Positions 55,364 to 64,000 of a stretch of 64,000 bases of DNA are shown here, piece after piece. Positions within the stretch are counted from its first letter, which is position 1. Each line of letters begins with the position of its first letter. The stretch comes from Candidatus Moranbacteria bacterium RIFCSPHIGHO2_01_FULL_55_24 (GTDB lineage Bacteria; Patescibacteriota; Minisyncoccia; Moranbacterales; UBA1568). The stretch covers positions 8,469-72,468 of the forward strand of contig MFRW01000003.1 in assembly GCA_001786575.1 (NCBI GenBank), given 5' to 3'. The notes beneath the pieces were generated by a model. The model saw nothing but the letters and a program-made list of their open reading frames with translations. It searched no databases and had not been told where the DNA came from. The translations under genes and the position numbers were made by a program.

Positions 55364-55393
55364 CATATAAATGCGACCGGATATAAAGGGTAT
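55364..55393. repeat. 30-bp palindromic element, upstream flank of PaaX/Cas2-like gene
   Basis: CATATAAATGCGACCGGATATAAAGGGTAT; 25/30 match to the reverse complement of 54749-54778. Confidence 0.85.
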
Positions 55394-55431
55394 GTTATTT
55401 TTTAAATACTGCAAATCAGGTAAGTTACGCC

Positions 55432-55469
55432 ATTTAAAAAACAGCCTTTAGTAAGGCTGTTTTTTAAAT
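55432..55469 (-). terminator. Intrinsic terminator after rnj
   Basis: ATTTAAAAAACAGCCTT-TAGT-AAGGCTGTTTTTTAAAT. Confidence 0.8.
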
Positions 55470-55473
55470 TTTC

Positions 55474-57522
55474 TTATACCTCGATGACCACAGGGAGAAT
55501 CATCGGCCGGCGTTCCGTCTTTTGGAAGAGGAACTGACCGATGCCTTCGCGGATCTGGTTTCGGAGCAGTTCCCAGTCGAGCGAGGTATCCTTGGACGTG
55601 TTGTCCTTGATGATCTTCTGGACTTTGCGCTTGACCTCATTCACGAGATCGAAGTTCTCCTTCACGTGGATGAATCCGCGCGAAGTGATCTGAACGCTCC
55701 CGATGATGTCTTTCTTCTTCGAGTCGATGACAGCCGTAACGACTACCATGCCGTCAGCCGCCAATACCTGGCGATCACGCAGAACGACGTGGCCGATATC
55801 ACCGACTCCGAGCCCGTCGATGAAGACGTAGCTGGTGTCTGCCTTCTCCTTGATGAGATGCGGGAAGGTATTTTCAGCCTTCGGGACCTCGAGCACGTGG
55901 CCGTTATCCATGATGAAGACATTCTTTGACGGGTAGCCCATACGCTCGGCAATCTTGCCGGCTTCCCTGATGAAGTAGTGGTTGGCGTAGACCGGGAGCA
56001 CATAGGTCGCTTTGGCCTGGCGGATGACTTCTTCGATCTCCCAGATGGTGCCGTGGCCGCCGACGTGGATCTCCATCATGTCTGAATGGATGACGTTATC
56101 GCACTTGCGGTACAAGTTGTCCTTCAGGCGCTGGATAGTCCGCTCGTTCCCGGGGATGACCGAGGAAGAGAAGACGATGGTGTCGTTCTTCTGGAGCTTG
56201 ATGAAGCGATGATTATCGGTAACGATGCGCGAAAGAGCGGCATTCTGCTCGCCCTGGGCACCAGTACAGATGACCACGATCTGATTGTCCGGATACTTAT
56301 GGATGTCGTTTACGGTAATGAGGGTCTCTTTCTTGGTTTTGAGGTAACCCAATTCCTTGGCTACTTCGATATTCATCTTCATGCTGTAGCCTTCCAAAGC
56401 CACGCGCTTGCCCATACGTTCGGCATATTCGATCAGGTAGGCGATACGGCGCACCTGGGATGCGAAAGTTCCGATGATGACACGGCCAGGGGCTTCACGA
56501 ATGAGGTTCTGGAGGTTGGTGTGCACTTCGGTTTCCGAAGGCGGAAGTCCCTTCTTCAGAGCGCCAAGAGATTCGAGCATCAGGAAGGTCGGCTTCGGAA
56601 GGGCTTCGAGGTGGGTATAGGAGACATCGCTCTCGACCGGATTGATCGGCTCATGGCTGATCATCCAGTCTCCGAGATGGATAATAGAACCGCTCGGTGT
56701 TACGAGGGCGATACCCATAGCGTCCATGATCGAGTGCTCGACATCGAAGAAGCGCACTTCGAAGACACCGAGCTTGATGCGGTCCTGGAGCGACTTCACG
56801 CGAATCATTTTGAGGCTCTTGCCAGCCCCCTTCTGCTCGTCTTCCACTTTGCGCTGGAGGAGCGCCAGAGTGAAATCACGGCCGATGATGGTCGGGTATT
56901 TGAGCTGCTTCAAGAGGATCGGTGCCGCCCCGATATGATCGAGGTGGCCGTGTGTGAAGATCACGCCGCGGATATTCTTCTCCTTGCCCTTGAGGTAGCT
57001 CACGTTCGGGACGATATAATCGATACCCGGCATGTCTTCCTCTGGGAACTGGAGTCCCATGTCGATGATGACGATATCATTGCCATACTCGAACACGGTC
57101 ATGTTGCGGCCGACTTCTTCCTGGCCGCCCAGAGGGATGATACGGAGCGTATCAGCCGGGATCGGCGGGACGACATCCGTCTTCTTCGGTGGCTCGAGGT
57201 GAGCGCGGACGTTCTGGAAACGGCTATCGCGGCGACCGCCACGCTTACCGCCTTTGCCCGGGCCTCTGCCCTGGGACGGTGCCGGCTTTCCCTTCTTCGC
57301 ATGCGGAGAAGGAACGCCTGCTTTCTTGACGTCTTTTGCTTGCTCGCGCTTCACGCCAGCTGCATGCCGGCGATCGCTCGCTACACGCGTTGACTGTTCA
57401 CGGGCGACGATGCCTTCGAAGGCACCGACAGTAGGAGCGGGCTGACTCACGCTTGCGGGCTTTTTTCCGCCCTGAAAACGCTTGTCATCTCCACGCGCCT
57501 GAAATACATTTTTTTGCTGCAT
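55474..57522 (-). CDS. rnj: Ribonuclease J with long basic N-terminal extension
   Basis: PLGGQEEVGRN, THGHLDHIG, TGAQGE, IPGNE, HVGGH, RRPMILPV. Confidence 0.95.
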   Translation of the reverse strand: MQQKNVFQARGDDKRFQGGKKPASVSQPAPTVGAFEGIVAREQSTRVASDRRHAAGVKREQAKDVKKAGVPSPHAKKGKPAPSQGRGPGKGGKRGGRRDSRFQNVRAHLEPPKKTDVVPPIPADTLRIIPLGGQEEVGRNMTVFEYGNDIVIIDMGLQFPEEDMPGIDYIVPNVSYLKGKEKNIRGVIFTHGHLDHIGAAPILLKQLKYPTIIGRDFTLALLQRKVEDEQKGAGKSLKMIRVKSLQDRIKLGVFEVRFFDVEHSIMDAMGIALVTPSGSIIHLGDWMISHEPINPVESDVSYTHLEALPKPTFLMLESLGALKKGLPPSETEVHTNLQNLIREAPGRVIIGTFASQVRRIAYLIEYAERMGKRVALEGYSMKMNIEVAKELGYLKTKKETLITVNDIHKYPDNQIVVICTGAQGEQNAALSRIVTDNHRFIKLQKNDTIVFSSSVIPGNERTIQRLKDNLYRKCDNVIHSDMMEIHVGGHGTIWEIEEVIRQAKATYVLPVYANHYFIREAGKIAERMGYPSKNVFIMDNGHVLEVPKAENTFPHLIKEKADTSYVFIDGLGVGDIGHVVLRDRQVLAADGMVVVTAVIDSKKKDIIGSVQITSRGFIHVKENFDLVNEVKRKVQKIIKDNTSKDTSLDWELLRNQIREGIGQFLFQKTERRPMILPVVIEV

Positions 57523-57676
57523 AACTTTTCTGACCGAAACGAACGTTCTTTCTATTTACATTGAAAAGCTCGCCGGTCGTTTTCTAAAAGATTACTGATA
57601 ATTATACGAAAGGGCATACGAATGCGTATGCGGAGCGCTTTCCTCTCGACGAAGGAGGCGCTAGATTACTTTCTTG

Positions 57677-57760
57677 TGCCGAAGGAGGGACTCGAACCCT
57701 CATGCTCTTGCGAGCGCTGGCACCTGAAGCCAGTGTGTCTACCAATTCCACCACCTCGGC
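57677..57760 (-). tRNA. tRNA-Leu(CAG)
   Basis: Long variable arm, anticodon CAG. Confidence 0.95.
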
Positions 57761-57807
57761 ATGAGGCGAAGAGAGAGAAGACTCTCTCTTTTTTCAATTT
57801 TCTGCTT

Positions 57808-58833
57808 CTATGACGTCAGAAGCTTTTTGAGCTTTTCTACTATATGGACCGGGGTCGGATCTTGTCCGTAGGCCAGGGCCAGATAGTAGGAAGTGAAGTC
57901 GCCTAGAGCAATGCTCATGAATACTCTATTAAACACGTTCTTGCCCTTCATGTCAAGTACCTCTACTTCTACGCCCTTCTCGCGGAGCAGTTCGGCCGTG
58001 ATATCGAAGCGCTTCTGATTGCGCGGATGGTCATCCGTATCCCGAAGCATAATGACGAAGAATTTGGCTTGTGGAAGGGAAAATCCGACCATTTCATTGT
58101 GGTTCAATTCCGGGAAATAATTCCAGAATGCCGGCGTTTTGGCGTTCTCGTTCAACTTTATCTTCCAGACCATAGCGACCGAACGCAGACGATCGCCCGC
58201 ATAGATCACGGGGGTTTTGCCGCGAAGCTTCTCGGAAAGCGCTTTCCCCTCCTCTTCGAGCGAAGCGAGATTCTCCTTGACCTCCCGGGCTCCCGCCAGC
58301 ACTTCTTCGCGGACGTCCGGAATCATCTCTTGATTCATGAGCACCTGGAGGAGCGCTCCGATAAAGAAACCCGTTCCCATACGCGGCTGGAATCCAGGGC
58401 TTGGCAGAGGGAGCTTGATATGCGGCACCCCCCGCTCCGCGCAAAGCGTTTCGAGCTTTCCTCCGGCTGACATGCCGATGCAGGGCAGCTCACGGCGGAG
58501 CGCTTCTTCGAAGGATTCGAGTGTCTCTTCGGTATTGCCGGAATAGGAACAGAAAAAGTAGAGAGTGTTCTTTTCGGGGATATCGGAAGCGAGACTATAG
58601 AAGCGGTTCTGGAATACCCGGATCGTTTGGGAGGAGTGGCGCGTTGCGATATCGCGGAGATATGCGGCCAGGAGATCGCTCGGAAGGGCCGAGCCGCCCA
58701 TCCCGGAAATGACGATGGAATCGAAGCTCCCGGGAACGCGAACGTCCTTTGCCAGATCGAATCCCGTCTGGAACTGGTCCGGGCTTTCCAGGATCATTCC
58801 GCGGAAATTCGAGGTATCGAGCTCATGCTGCAT
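57808..58833 (-). CDS. Bifunctional phosphoglucose/phosphomannose isomerase (archaeal type)
   Basis: GMGGS, SYSGNTEET, QPR, NENAK, PELNHNE, DPTPV. Confidence 0.93.
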   Translation of the reverse strand: MQHELDTSNFRGMILESPDQFQTGFDLAKDVRVPGSFDSIVISGMGGSALPSDLLAAYLRDIATRHSSQTIRVFQNRFYSLASDIPEKNTLYFFCSYSGNTEETLESFEEALRRELPCIGMSAGGKLETLCAERGVPHIKLPLPSPGFQPRMGTGFFIGALLQVLMNQEMIPDVREEVLAGAREVKENLASLEEEGKALSEKLRGKTPVIYAGDRLRSVAMVWKIKLNENAKTPAFWNYFPELNHNEMVGFSLPQAKFFVIMLRDTDDHPRNQKRFDITAELLREKGVEVEVLDMKGKNVFNRVFMSIALGDFTSYYLALAYGQDPTPVHIVEKLKKLLTS

Positions 58834-58842
58834 AAGAAATTT

Positions 58843-60489
58843 TTATTTTTTGAAGACGCGATCCGTCTTGATGTACCAGTCCTTCATCATGGAGAGGCGA
58901 TTCGACGGACTGTCGATCCGCGTCACCCCGATCCCTTTCACGCTATCATTCACCACGTAGAGGTAGGTCGGGCTGTAGAGGAAAGCGGCCGGGTTTTCCT
59001 TGATGAGGATTTCCTGGAACTTGCGGTAGGCATCGCGGCGTTTGTTCTCGTCCAATTCTTCCCGCAGCCCCTGGAGGGTATCGTCGGCTCCTGTCTCATC
59101 GAAAAGCGAGAGATTGAGTCCCGGGTCAGCTTTCTGGCTGGAATGCCAGAAGGAGTATGGGTCGCTCTCGAGCATAGCTGCCTGCCCGAAGAGGAGCGCT
59201 TGGTATTCGCGCGGGCGGATGACATTCTTCTGGAGGTCGGCTGCGCTCATCTCGGAGATGTTGATACGGGCTCCGACGGCTTCCCATTGAGACTTCAGGA
59301 GATTGGCGGTCTGGACGAGCTCGGGCCAGGCCGGCGTTACGATCTCGATCTCAAGCGGCGTACCGTCCTTGGAACGGACGCCGTCAGTACCCTTCTTCCA
59401 GCCCTTCTCATCCAGGATGCTGTTCGCACGGGTAACATCGAAGCGCGGGAACTGGAGATCCGAAGCGTAGCCGTTCATGAACGGCATGAGCGCCGAGACG
59501 GCCGTTTCGCCCTCGCCCAAGAGCACGTCCTGGACGATTCTGTCACGGTCGGTCGCGAAGGTGAGAGCTTCGCGCACTTCGTCATACGCGAGCGCCTTGC
59601 TCTTCGTCTGATTGAAAAATACCGAGAAGATGCGCGGGATGTCTATCTTGTAGATATGCGAACTTTTGCGCTCCTCGACGGATGCGATGTGGCGCGGCAG
59701 GATGCTGTGGATGCCGAGGATCTCTTTGGTATTGTAGGCGGCAAGAAGCGACTCGTCATCCGGATAGAAATGGAAGACGACTTTGGAGATATAGGGCTCG
59801 CCTTCGAAGTAGTCCTTATAAGCGCGCATCTCGAGCGAGAGAATGTTGCCGCTCGAATCCTTCTCCGAATCATAGAAGCGGTACGGTCCCGAGCCGATCG
59901 GCGCCAGGTTGTAGTCGGCGAGCAGGAATTTGTCCGGAGAAATATTCTCCCAGATATGCTTCGGAAGTATCCCGACCGTCAGGTTCTCGAGGAATCCGAA
60001 GTAGGCTTTCTTCAGGGTGAACTGGATGGTATAGCGGTCCACCACGTTCGTTTCTACGGCCAGCCAGTTCGCGCGGAGCGGACTCTTGTAGGCAGGATCC
60101 TGGATCGCCTGGATCGTATAGTGCACGTCGTCGGCCGTCACTTCCTCGCCATCATGCCACTTGGCCCCGTGTTTCAGAGTGATCGTATAGACCCGGCCCT
60201 CATCGGAGACTTCGTAGTTGTCGGCAAGGCGCTTCACGACCTTGCCTTCCTGGTCGACCGCGAAGAGTCCGGCGTACATGAGCTGGACCAAGTCCGCATC
60301 AGCGTCGCTGGTCTGGGAGAGGATCGGATTGATATAGCGCGGCTGGGCTGCGATGCCCTCGGTGTACTCGCCGCCATGCTCCGGCACCTCCGTGGTCGAC
60401 GCCACGTAGAGCGCCCCGAACCAGAAGACGAGCGCTACCGCCGCCACAGAAAGCACGATGGTCGCCAGAACACGGTCCCGGTATGACAA
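58843..60489 (-). CDS. Family 5 (peptide) ABC substrate-binding protein
   Basis: WHDG..VTADDV.YT, PIGSGPY, VREAL..A.DR; start uncertain. Confidence 0.9.
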   Translation of the reverse strand: MSYRDRVLATIVLSVAAVALVFWFGALYVASTTEVPEHGGEYTEGIAAQPRYINPILSQTSDADADLVQLMYAGLFAVDQEGKVVKRLADNYEVSDEGRVYTITLKHGAKWHDGEEVTADDVHYTIQAIQDPAYKSPLRANWLAVETNVVDRYTIQFTLKKAYFGFLENLTVGILPKHIWENISPDKFLLADYNLAPIGSGPYRFYDSEKDSSGNILSLEMRAYKDYFEGEPYISKVVFHFYPDDESLLAAYNTKEILGIHSILPRHIASVEERKSSHIYKIDIPRIFSVFFNQTKSKALAYDEVREALTFATDRDRIVQDVLLGEGETAVSALMPFMNGYASDLQFPRFDVTRANSILDEKGWKKGTDGVRSKDGTPLEIEIVTPAWPELVQTANLLKSQWEAVGARINISEMSAADLQKNVIRPREYQALLFGQAAMLESDPYSFWHSSQKADPGLNLSLFDETGADDTLQGLREELDENKRRDAYRKFQEILIKENPAAFLYSPTYLYVVNDSVKGIGVTRIDSPSNRLSMMKDWYIKTDRVFKK

Positions 60490-60589
60490 GGCGAAAAAGA
60501 CCCGGGTCCATTTGCGCGTAGAAAGACTATGAAAAGGAGAAAATCTGATACGCTTGATTTAGAGATTAGGAAGCCTGCGGCGAGACTCT

Positions 60590-60811
60590 TCAGGAGAGGC
60601 CCATCCGGACATTGACCGCCGAGATGACGATGAACGCCATCCCGAGGCCGACCGCTGCGAAGAGCAGGAATTTCTCGATACCGCGCTTCGTGTAGTAGCC
60701 GCCAAAGTCGCCTCCGAAGGCGCTTCCAAGGCCTGACCCACGATTCTGCAGAAGAATAGAGACCATGAGAAGGATAGCGATTACCGCTTGCAGGATCAGG
60801 AGAAAACGCAT
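60590..60811 (-). CDS. secG: Preprotein translocase subunit SecG
   Basis: ILLQ.RGSGLG.AFGG....TKRG.EK.L. Confidence 0.92.
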   Translation of the reverse strand: MRFLLILQAVIAILLMVSILLQNRGSGLGSAFGGDFGGYYTKRGIEKFLLFAAVGLGMAFIVISAVNVRMGLS

Positions 60812-60918
60812 ATCTGAAATAAAAAAAGGCCTTTTATAGCGAATTTAAGCCCTTTTATTGTAGCAAAAAAGCGAGGGCACGTCAAAGCACAATTTTAATT
60901 ATATCACAAAAACTCACT

Positions 60919-62037
60919 TTAGTCAATAAAGCTTGTTTCGAGGGACATACGCAGGTCTTCCGCTCCCTTCTTCCGCTTATAGACGCTCTGGAGCAGGCCG
61001 AGACTGACGAAGAGAGAAAGGAGCGAGCTTCCCCCGTATGAGAGGAGCGGTGCCGGGATGCCGGTCACCGGGAGCAGACCGACATTCATGCCGATATTGA
61101 TAGCCACCTGCACGAAGAGCATGATGAATATCCCGACCGCCACCAGATAACCGAAATTATCGCTTGCCAGTTCGCCGATACGCTTGACGCGGTACATGAG
61201 TACCCCGTAGAGGCCGAGGAGAAGCAGCGCCCCGACGAGCCCCAGCTCCTCGGTCACGACCGCGAAGATGAAGTCTGTGTGCTTTTCGGGGAGGAAGTTC
61301 AGCTGCGACTGCGATCCGTGCCCGATCCCCTTCCCGGTCACCCCGCCGCTTCCGACGGCGACAATCGCCTGGATCACGTTGTAGCCGCTCCCCTGCGGAT
61401 CCGATTCCGGATCGATAAAGGTATGGATGCGCGCTTTCTGATAATCATCCAAGACGAACCAGCTTCCCCCGATAAGAGAAAACGTGAGCAGGCCCAGCAC
61501 CAAGAGCTGACGGAAACGGAGCCCGGAAGCGAGGATCATCCCGCCCCAGATCGACATGAGGACGAGGCTCGAGCCGAGGTCCGGCTGTTCCAGAACCAGG
61601 AAGATAAGCGCGGCCGACAGGACTAGTGACGCGATGACCCGGGTCCATTCTCCGAGCTCGCTTTTCTTCTGGGAAATGAAGCTCGCGAGGAAGAGAATGA
61701 GCGAGACCTTCGCAAGCTCGACCGGCTGGATCTGGAAGATACCGAGCGAGAGCCAGCCCGCCGTCCCGCGCACCGTGACTCCGAAGAGAAGCACGAGAAG
61801 CAGTGCCCCAAGCGTCACAAAGTAGATCGCCGTGCTGTATTTCGCCACATGCCGATAGTCGAGGGTCGCCATAAAGAACATCACCCCGATTCCCAGGACC
61901 ATGTATATCGCTTGGCGGAAGAAATAATCCGCTCCGCCGTTCGAAGAGAGGCTATAGAGGGTGAGCAGGCTGATACCGGCGATGAAAAGAGCCGTCAGGA
62001 GAAGCGTCCAGTCCAGCTTGCGGAAGAAAGACATCAT
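60919..62037 (-). CDS. rodA: SEDS family peptidoglycan polymerase RodA
   Basis: QPVELAK, QPDLG, LPEKHTDFIF, P.LSYGGSS. Confidence 0.93.
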   Translation of the reverse strand: MMSFFRKLDWTLLLTALFIAGISLLTLYSLSSNGGADYFFRQAIYMVLGIGVMFFMATLDYRHVAKYSTAIYFVTLGALLLVLLFGVTVRGTAGWLSLGIFQIQPVELAKVSLILFLASFISQKKSELGEWTRVIASLVLSAALIFLVLEQPDLGSSLVLMSIWGGMILASGLRFRQLLVLGLLTFSLIGGSWFVLDDYQKARIHTFIDPESDPQGSGYNVIQAIVAVGSGGVTGKGIGHGSQSQLNFLPEKHTDFIFAVVTEELGLVGALLLLGLYGVLMYRVKRIGELASDNFGYLVAVGIFIMLFVQVAINIGMNVGLLPVTGIPAPLLSYGGSSLLSLFVSLGLLQSVYKRKKGAEDLRMSLETSFID

Positions 62038-62040
62038 AGG

Positions 62041-62892
62041 CTAGTAAGCGCTCGGCGGGGCAATTTCCTGGAATTTGCCGCCGGGGAGAAATGTACGGGT
62101 GAAATTGTCCGAGTGGTAGACATCCGCATCGGCTTCCATATCGACCGTCTCGACGTCGCCAGGGAAGGCCTCGGGCCAGACAAGACGGAAGTCTCGCTCT
62201 TCATGAGCGCCGACCGTGTTCAAACTTGTCATGTTGGCGGCGAGCGCTTTGCCGTTCCGATCCCGGAGGATGACCTTCACCGTGATGGTCTTGAAATCGA
62301 AATCGCTTTCGTTCGAGACGAGACCGTATGCCTCGCTGAATCCCGCCCCGGAAGAGATCTGGTTATAGCGGCGCTGGTAGATATTGATATTCGGCTTTTC
62401 CTGATAGCCCGCGAAGCGCTCCCACTCGATGCCGCTTATCTTGAGCGTCACGCTGCTCGGCTGGCCGGAGACAGCTACCCCGATCCCCAAGAGCACCTTC
62501 CGCTCTTGCGGCAGGATGAAACTCGCGCCGGTCTCGGTCGCGATGACAGCGCCGCTCGCGTCTTTTATTTCGAAAGCATAGGTGAAAGAGGATGCGCCGG
62601 CAGTATCGTTCGGATTATAGACCCGACCCAGAACATCGTAGCGCCCCGCCCCTCCCGGCATGAGCGCCGCTTCTTCGAGGACGAACGGCACACCGGTGAC
62701 TTTCTCTTCGCAGACGTTCGTACAGATACCGCCGCAGTCGATGCCGGCCTCATCCTGGTTCCGTATCCCGTCATTGCAGCTTTCCGGCACGCGGATGAAG
62801 GACCAGTATACGCCGAACGCCAAAAGCCCCACGAAAGAGAGGTAGAGAAAACCGATAAAAAAACGCTTGCGATTGCGGGATCCCAAAAACAT
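62041..62892 (-). CDS. Membrane-anchored protein with SC.DG..NQ.E.G.DCGG.C motif
   Basis: TM helix, Cys motif, two beta-rich domains. Confidence 0.75.
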   Translation of the reverse strand: MFLGSRNRKRFFIGFLYLSFVGLLAFGVYWSFIRVPESCNDGIRNQDEAGIDCGGICTNVCEEKVTGVPFVLEEAALMPGGAGRYDVLGRVYNPNDTAGASSFTYAFEIKDASGAVIATETGASFILPQERKVLLGIGVAVSGQPSSVTLKISGIEWERFAGYQEKPNINIYQRRYNQISSGAGFSEAYGLVSNESDFDFKTITVKVILRDRNGKALAANMTSLNTVGAHEERDFRLVWPEAFPGDVETVDMEADADVYHSDNFTRTFLPGGKFQEIAPPSAY

Positions 62893-62997
62893 ATGGATGT
62901 CGTCTATTATAGCATATCCTCTCCGCTTGCTTTCCGGAAGAGGAAACAAAAAACACCCTTATTCAGGGTGTTTTCGTAAAGAAATCTTGAGTTCAGG

Positions 62998-63109
62998 GTA
63001 CCCGGCACTGACCTACTCTTGCCGTGAGGCTACCATCGGCGCTGCTAGGCTTAACTGCTGTGTTCGGAATGGGAACAGGTGTTTCCCTAGCGCCAGAAGC
63101 ACCGGATAC
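62998..63109 (-). rRNA. rrf: 5S rRNA
   Basis: CCCATTCCGAAC..GTTAAG..GCCGATGGTAG..GAGTAGG; ends approximate. Confidence 0.95.
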
Positions 63110-63185
63110 TCTGCCCTCAAGATTTGTGTCTCATAAGTAAATCGGAATCAAACACTCTTCACTGCTAACCGTGTAGAAAAGCAGA

Positions 63186-64000
<815 letters not shown>

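Noticed and set aside
54700-55470. CRISPR array near the Cas2-like gene
   Set aside because: Only two repeat copies flanking a gene; no repeat-spacer series and no cas1 in the window

Overview
64 kb of a bacterial chromosome using the standard genetic code. The gene content points to Patescibacteria/CPR (Parcubacteria-like); this is inferred from type IV pilus/competence genes, an archaeal-type PGI/PMI, a truncated UvrC, a PaaX/Cas2-like gene, a compact 5S rRNA and many orphan ORFs. Core content: minor pilins, pilC, pilB, two uvrA paralogs, uvrB, uvrC, dprA-topA, zur-znuCB, rel, groL, ychF, pmm, trpS, rnj, secG, rodA, six tRNAs, 5S and the 3' end of 23S rRNA. Accessory content: a LexA-HTH/methyltransferase plus endonuclease pair, an AT-rich sugar-nucleotide operon beside the tRNA cluster and a persulfide-detox-like operon. 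The most unusual signals are non-coding or structural: (1) a small GIY-YIG gene between an intact tRNA-Ala and a duplicated, hairpin-interrupted 5' tRNA fragment; (2) a PaaX/Cas2-like gene bracketed by 30-bp palindromic inverted repeats with no CRISPR array; (3) a ~173-nt promoter-linked structured RNA that looks like a circularly permuted 6S RNA; (4) a 45-bp in-frame palindromic insertion in uvrA; (5) a shared boxA-like GTTCTTT leader motif in front of six orphan or divergent genes. All calls were made by eye and no database searches were run.
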